A DNA stretch of 61,701 nt from Desulfobacterales bacterium (lineage in GTDB: Bacteria > Desulfobacterota > Desulfobacteria > Desulfobacterales > SURF-7). The stretch covers positions 1 through 61,701 of the forward strand of contig JABHLN010000006.1 in the NCBI GenBank assembly GCA_018693105.1, in the 5' to 3' direction. Positions within the stretch are counted from its first letter, which is position 1, and every line of letters begins with the position of its first letter. A model generated the notes under the pieces. The model saw only the letters and a list, made by a program, of their open reading frames with translations, was not told the origin of the DNA and ran no database searches. Below are positions 60,461-61,701 of the stretch, piece after piece. Made by a program: the position numbers and the translations under genes.

Positions 60461-60994
60461 TGCAGATATCTGCAATAAGTAATAATCGAGGATCTGTCAG
60501 ATATATCAAAGGTTTTTAAATGAGTTGAAATATTGACATATTCTATAGATATCACAACATTTCGCATTCACATTCTTATATTGCCATCCTTTCCTATAAC
60601 ATCTATGTAACGTTTCAAAGGAAAGTGAATCGATTTAAGACCCGTTAAATAAGCCCCCCATTTTTTTACATGTATTGTGAGTATCCATACTCATTCATAA
60701 GTTGGTAAGATATTGAATACGTTAACATTACACTACTACCCCTCCTGCAATGACAGTTTTGCACTGAAAAAAAATCGGCTAATTTTTGGTATTCCCTTTT
60801 TACCGGAATCAAGGTATGGAATACTTTGAATTTATTTTTTATTATCTATTCTAAGGCAGTTAGTTTTCCTATACGATTGGGACTATATGCAGCCAACTGG
60901 TGTTGTTTCTCATATCCATTATGATGTATATTAATTTATAACATTTAATCTAATCAGTGAACTGATAATTAATTACCATAGCCGAAAATGTTCG

Positions 60995-61013
60995 ACCTAA
61001 TTCTATGTTAGAT
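60995..61013 (+). other. Putative integron attI site
   Basis: ACCTAATTCTATGTTAGAT resembles the attI simple site (CCTAA-N6-GTTRRRY); the core is complementary to the cassette attC R''. Confidence 0.6.
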
Positions 61014-61027
61014 GAAAGAATACTAAA

Positions 61028-61531
61028 ATGGAAACATTTAAAACTATACAACTAATAATTTTATGCTTTATCAATATCGTGACCATTCCTGTACTAGCTG
61101 AAACAAAAGAACCAACAAAAATTATTGGTATACATAATGATATCAAAATAACATTAGCTGATACCTTTATATGGAGAGATTGGCAACCTATCGTTTCAAG
61201 ACCAGGCAAAGACGACGGATCACCTTTAATGATTGTGTCTTCTTTTATTTTTGATAATTCAAAGGGAGGTCCAAAAGAAATACATTGGGAAGCTTTTTTG
61301 CTGCTATCAGGGACTGAAAATATTTATCCAGTTGAAATATGGGATGCTGACTCAATATTACCTTGGGGAGGCAACCTGCAAGCAAACGAGACAAAAAGCG
61401 TAAGGCTACGAACTAGCAGTGGCCCCTACTTGAAAGTAGGTGATAGGTTAACATTGGTTGTTCGTTTTATTATCAATGGAGAAGAACTTGTAATGAAATC
61501 GAAACCGACTGAAATAATGAGAACCGACTGA
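61028..61531 (+). CDS. Integron cassette gene, secreted hypothetical protein
   Basis: Signal peptide; starts 21 nt after GTTAGAT and ends 25 nt before attC. Confidence 0.82.
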   Translation: METFKTIQLIILCFINIVTIPVLAETKEPTKIIGIHNDIKITLADTFIWRDWQPIVSRPGKDDGSPLMIVSSFIFDNSKGGPKEIHWEAFLLLSGTENIYPVEIWDADSILPWGGNLQANETKSVRLRTSSGPYLKVGDRLTLVVRFIINGEELVMKSKPTEIMRTD

Positions 61532-61556
61532 CATTAACTAATGAAAACAAAATTAC

Positions 61557-61631
61557 ATCTAACAATGCACTCCAGCTGATCCCGAATCGCGCCTTCGGCA
61601 CTCTCGGGACATCTGAGTTTGAACGTTAAGT
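61557..61631 (+). mobile_element. Integron attC site (75 bp)
   Basis: R'' ATCTAAC, L'' ACTC(C)AG with bulged base, TCCCGA/TCGGGA stem, L' CTGAGT, R' GTTAAGT. Confidence 0.88.
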
Positions 61632-61644
61632 ACAGATATCTTGC

Positions 61645-61701
61645 GAGACTGTCGAAAAAGCCCCAAAATGGCAATTTTAACAATTTTGCATGTAATAAAA
61701 T
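61645..61701 (+). mobile_element. MITE-B copy 2 (cut by window end)
   Basis: Identical to 60353-60409 over the visible 57 bp. Confidence 0.88.

Noticed and set aside
60678-60693. Palindrome TGAGTATCCATACTCA as an operator
   Set aside because: Real inverted repeat, but no associated gene or second copy
60568-60830. intI pseudogene (minus-strand fragments AYLTGLK..VIGKDG and KKGIPK)
   Set aside because: Only faint resemblance, wrong motif spacing and stops; unsupported without TBLASTN
230-61209. Many short antisense or overlapping ORFs in the track (e.g. 7945-8526, 15248-15784, 26100-26285, 38019-38297)
   Set aside because: Shadows of well-supported genes or AT-rich chance ORFs without RBS or motifs
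1-61701. tRNA, rRNA, prophage or intact transposase genes
   Set aside because: None recognisable by eye

Overview
AT-rich chromosomal segment of a sulfate-reducing deltaproteobacterium (Desulfobacterales-like; complete dsrT-dsrMKJOP at 51.9-57.7 kb). About 45 kb is a lipid/hydrocarbon catabolism region. It holds a B12 acyl-CoA mutase module (large subunit, small subunit, MeaB) with non-MCM active-site residues, three thiolases, an HMGS-like/OB-fold fusion, four CoA ligases (two a recent tandem duplication), three phytoene-dehydrogenase-like flavoproteins, a FadH-like reductase, an MMPL/YCF48 uptake pair and three TetR regulators. Housekeeping genes (prfC, yceD, prmA) and a Co/Ni uptake locus are interspersed. 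Non-coding structure missed by the ORF track: (1) a ~152-bp MITE-like repeat, 12 copies, with 6-bp target duplications, a doubled left end and a long hairpin with compensatory changes; (2) a twice-repeated two-hairpin leader/terminator motif upstream of the Co/Ni genes, a candidate metal-responsive RNA; (3) an attI-like site plus one complete integron cassette with attC and no integrase, bracketed by two direct copies of a second 108-bp MITE. All calls are by eye; no searches were run.
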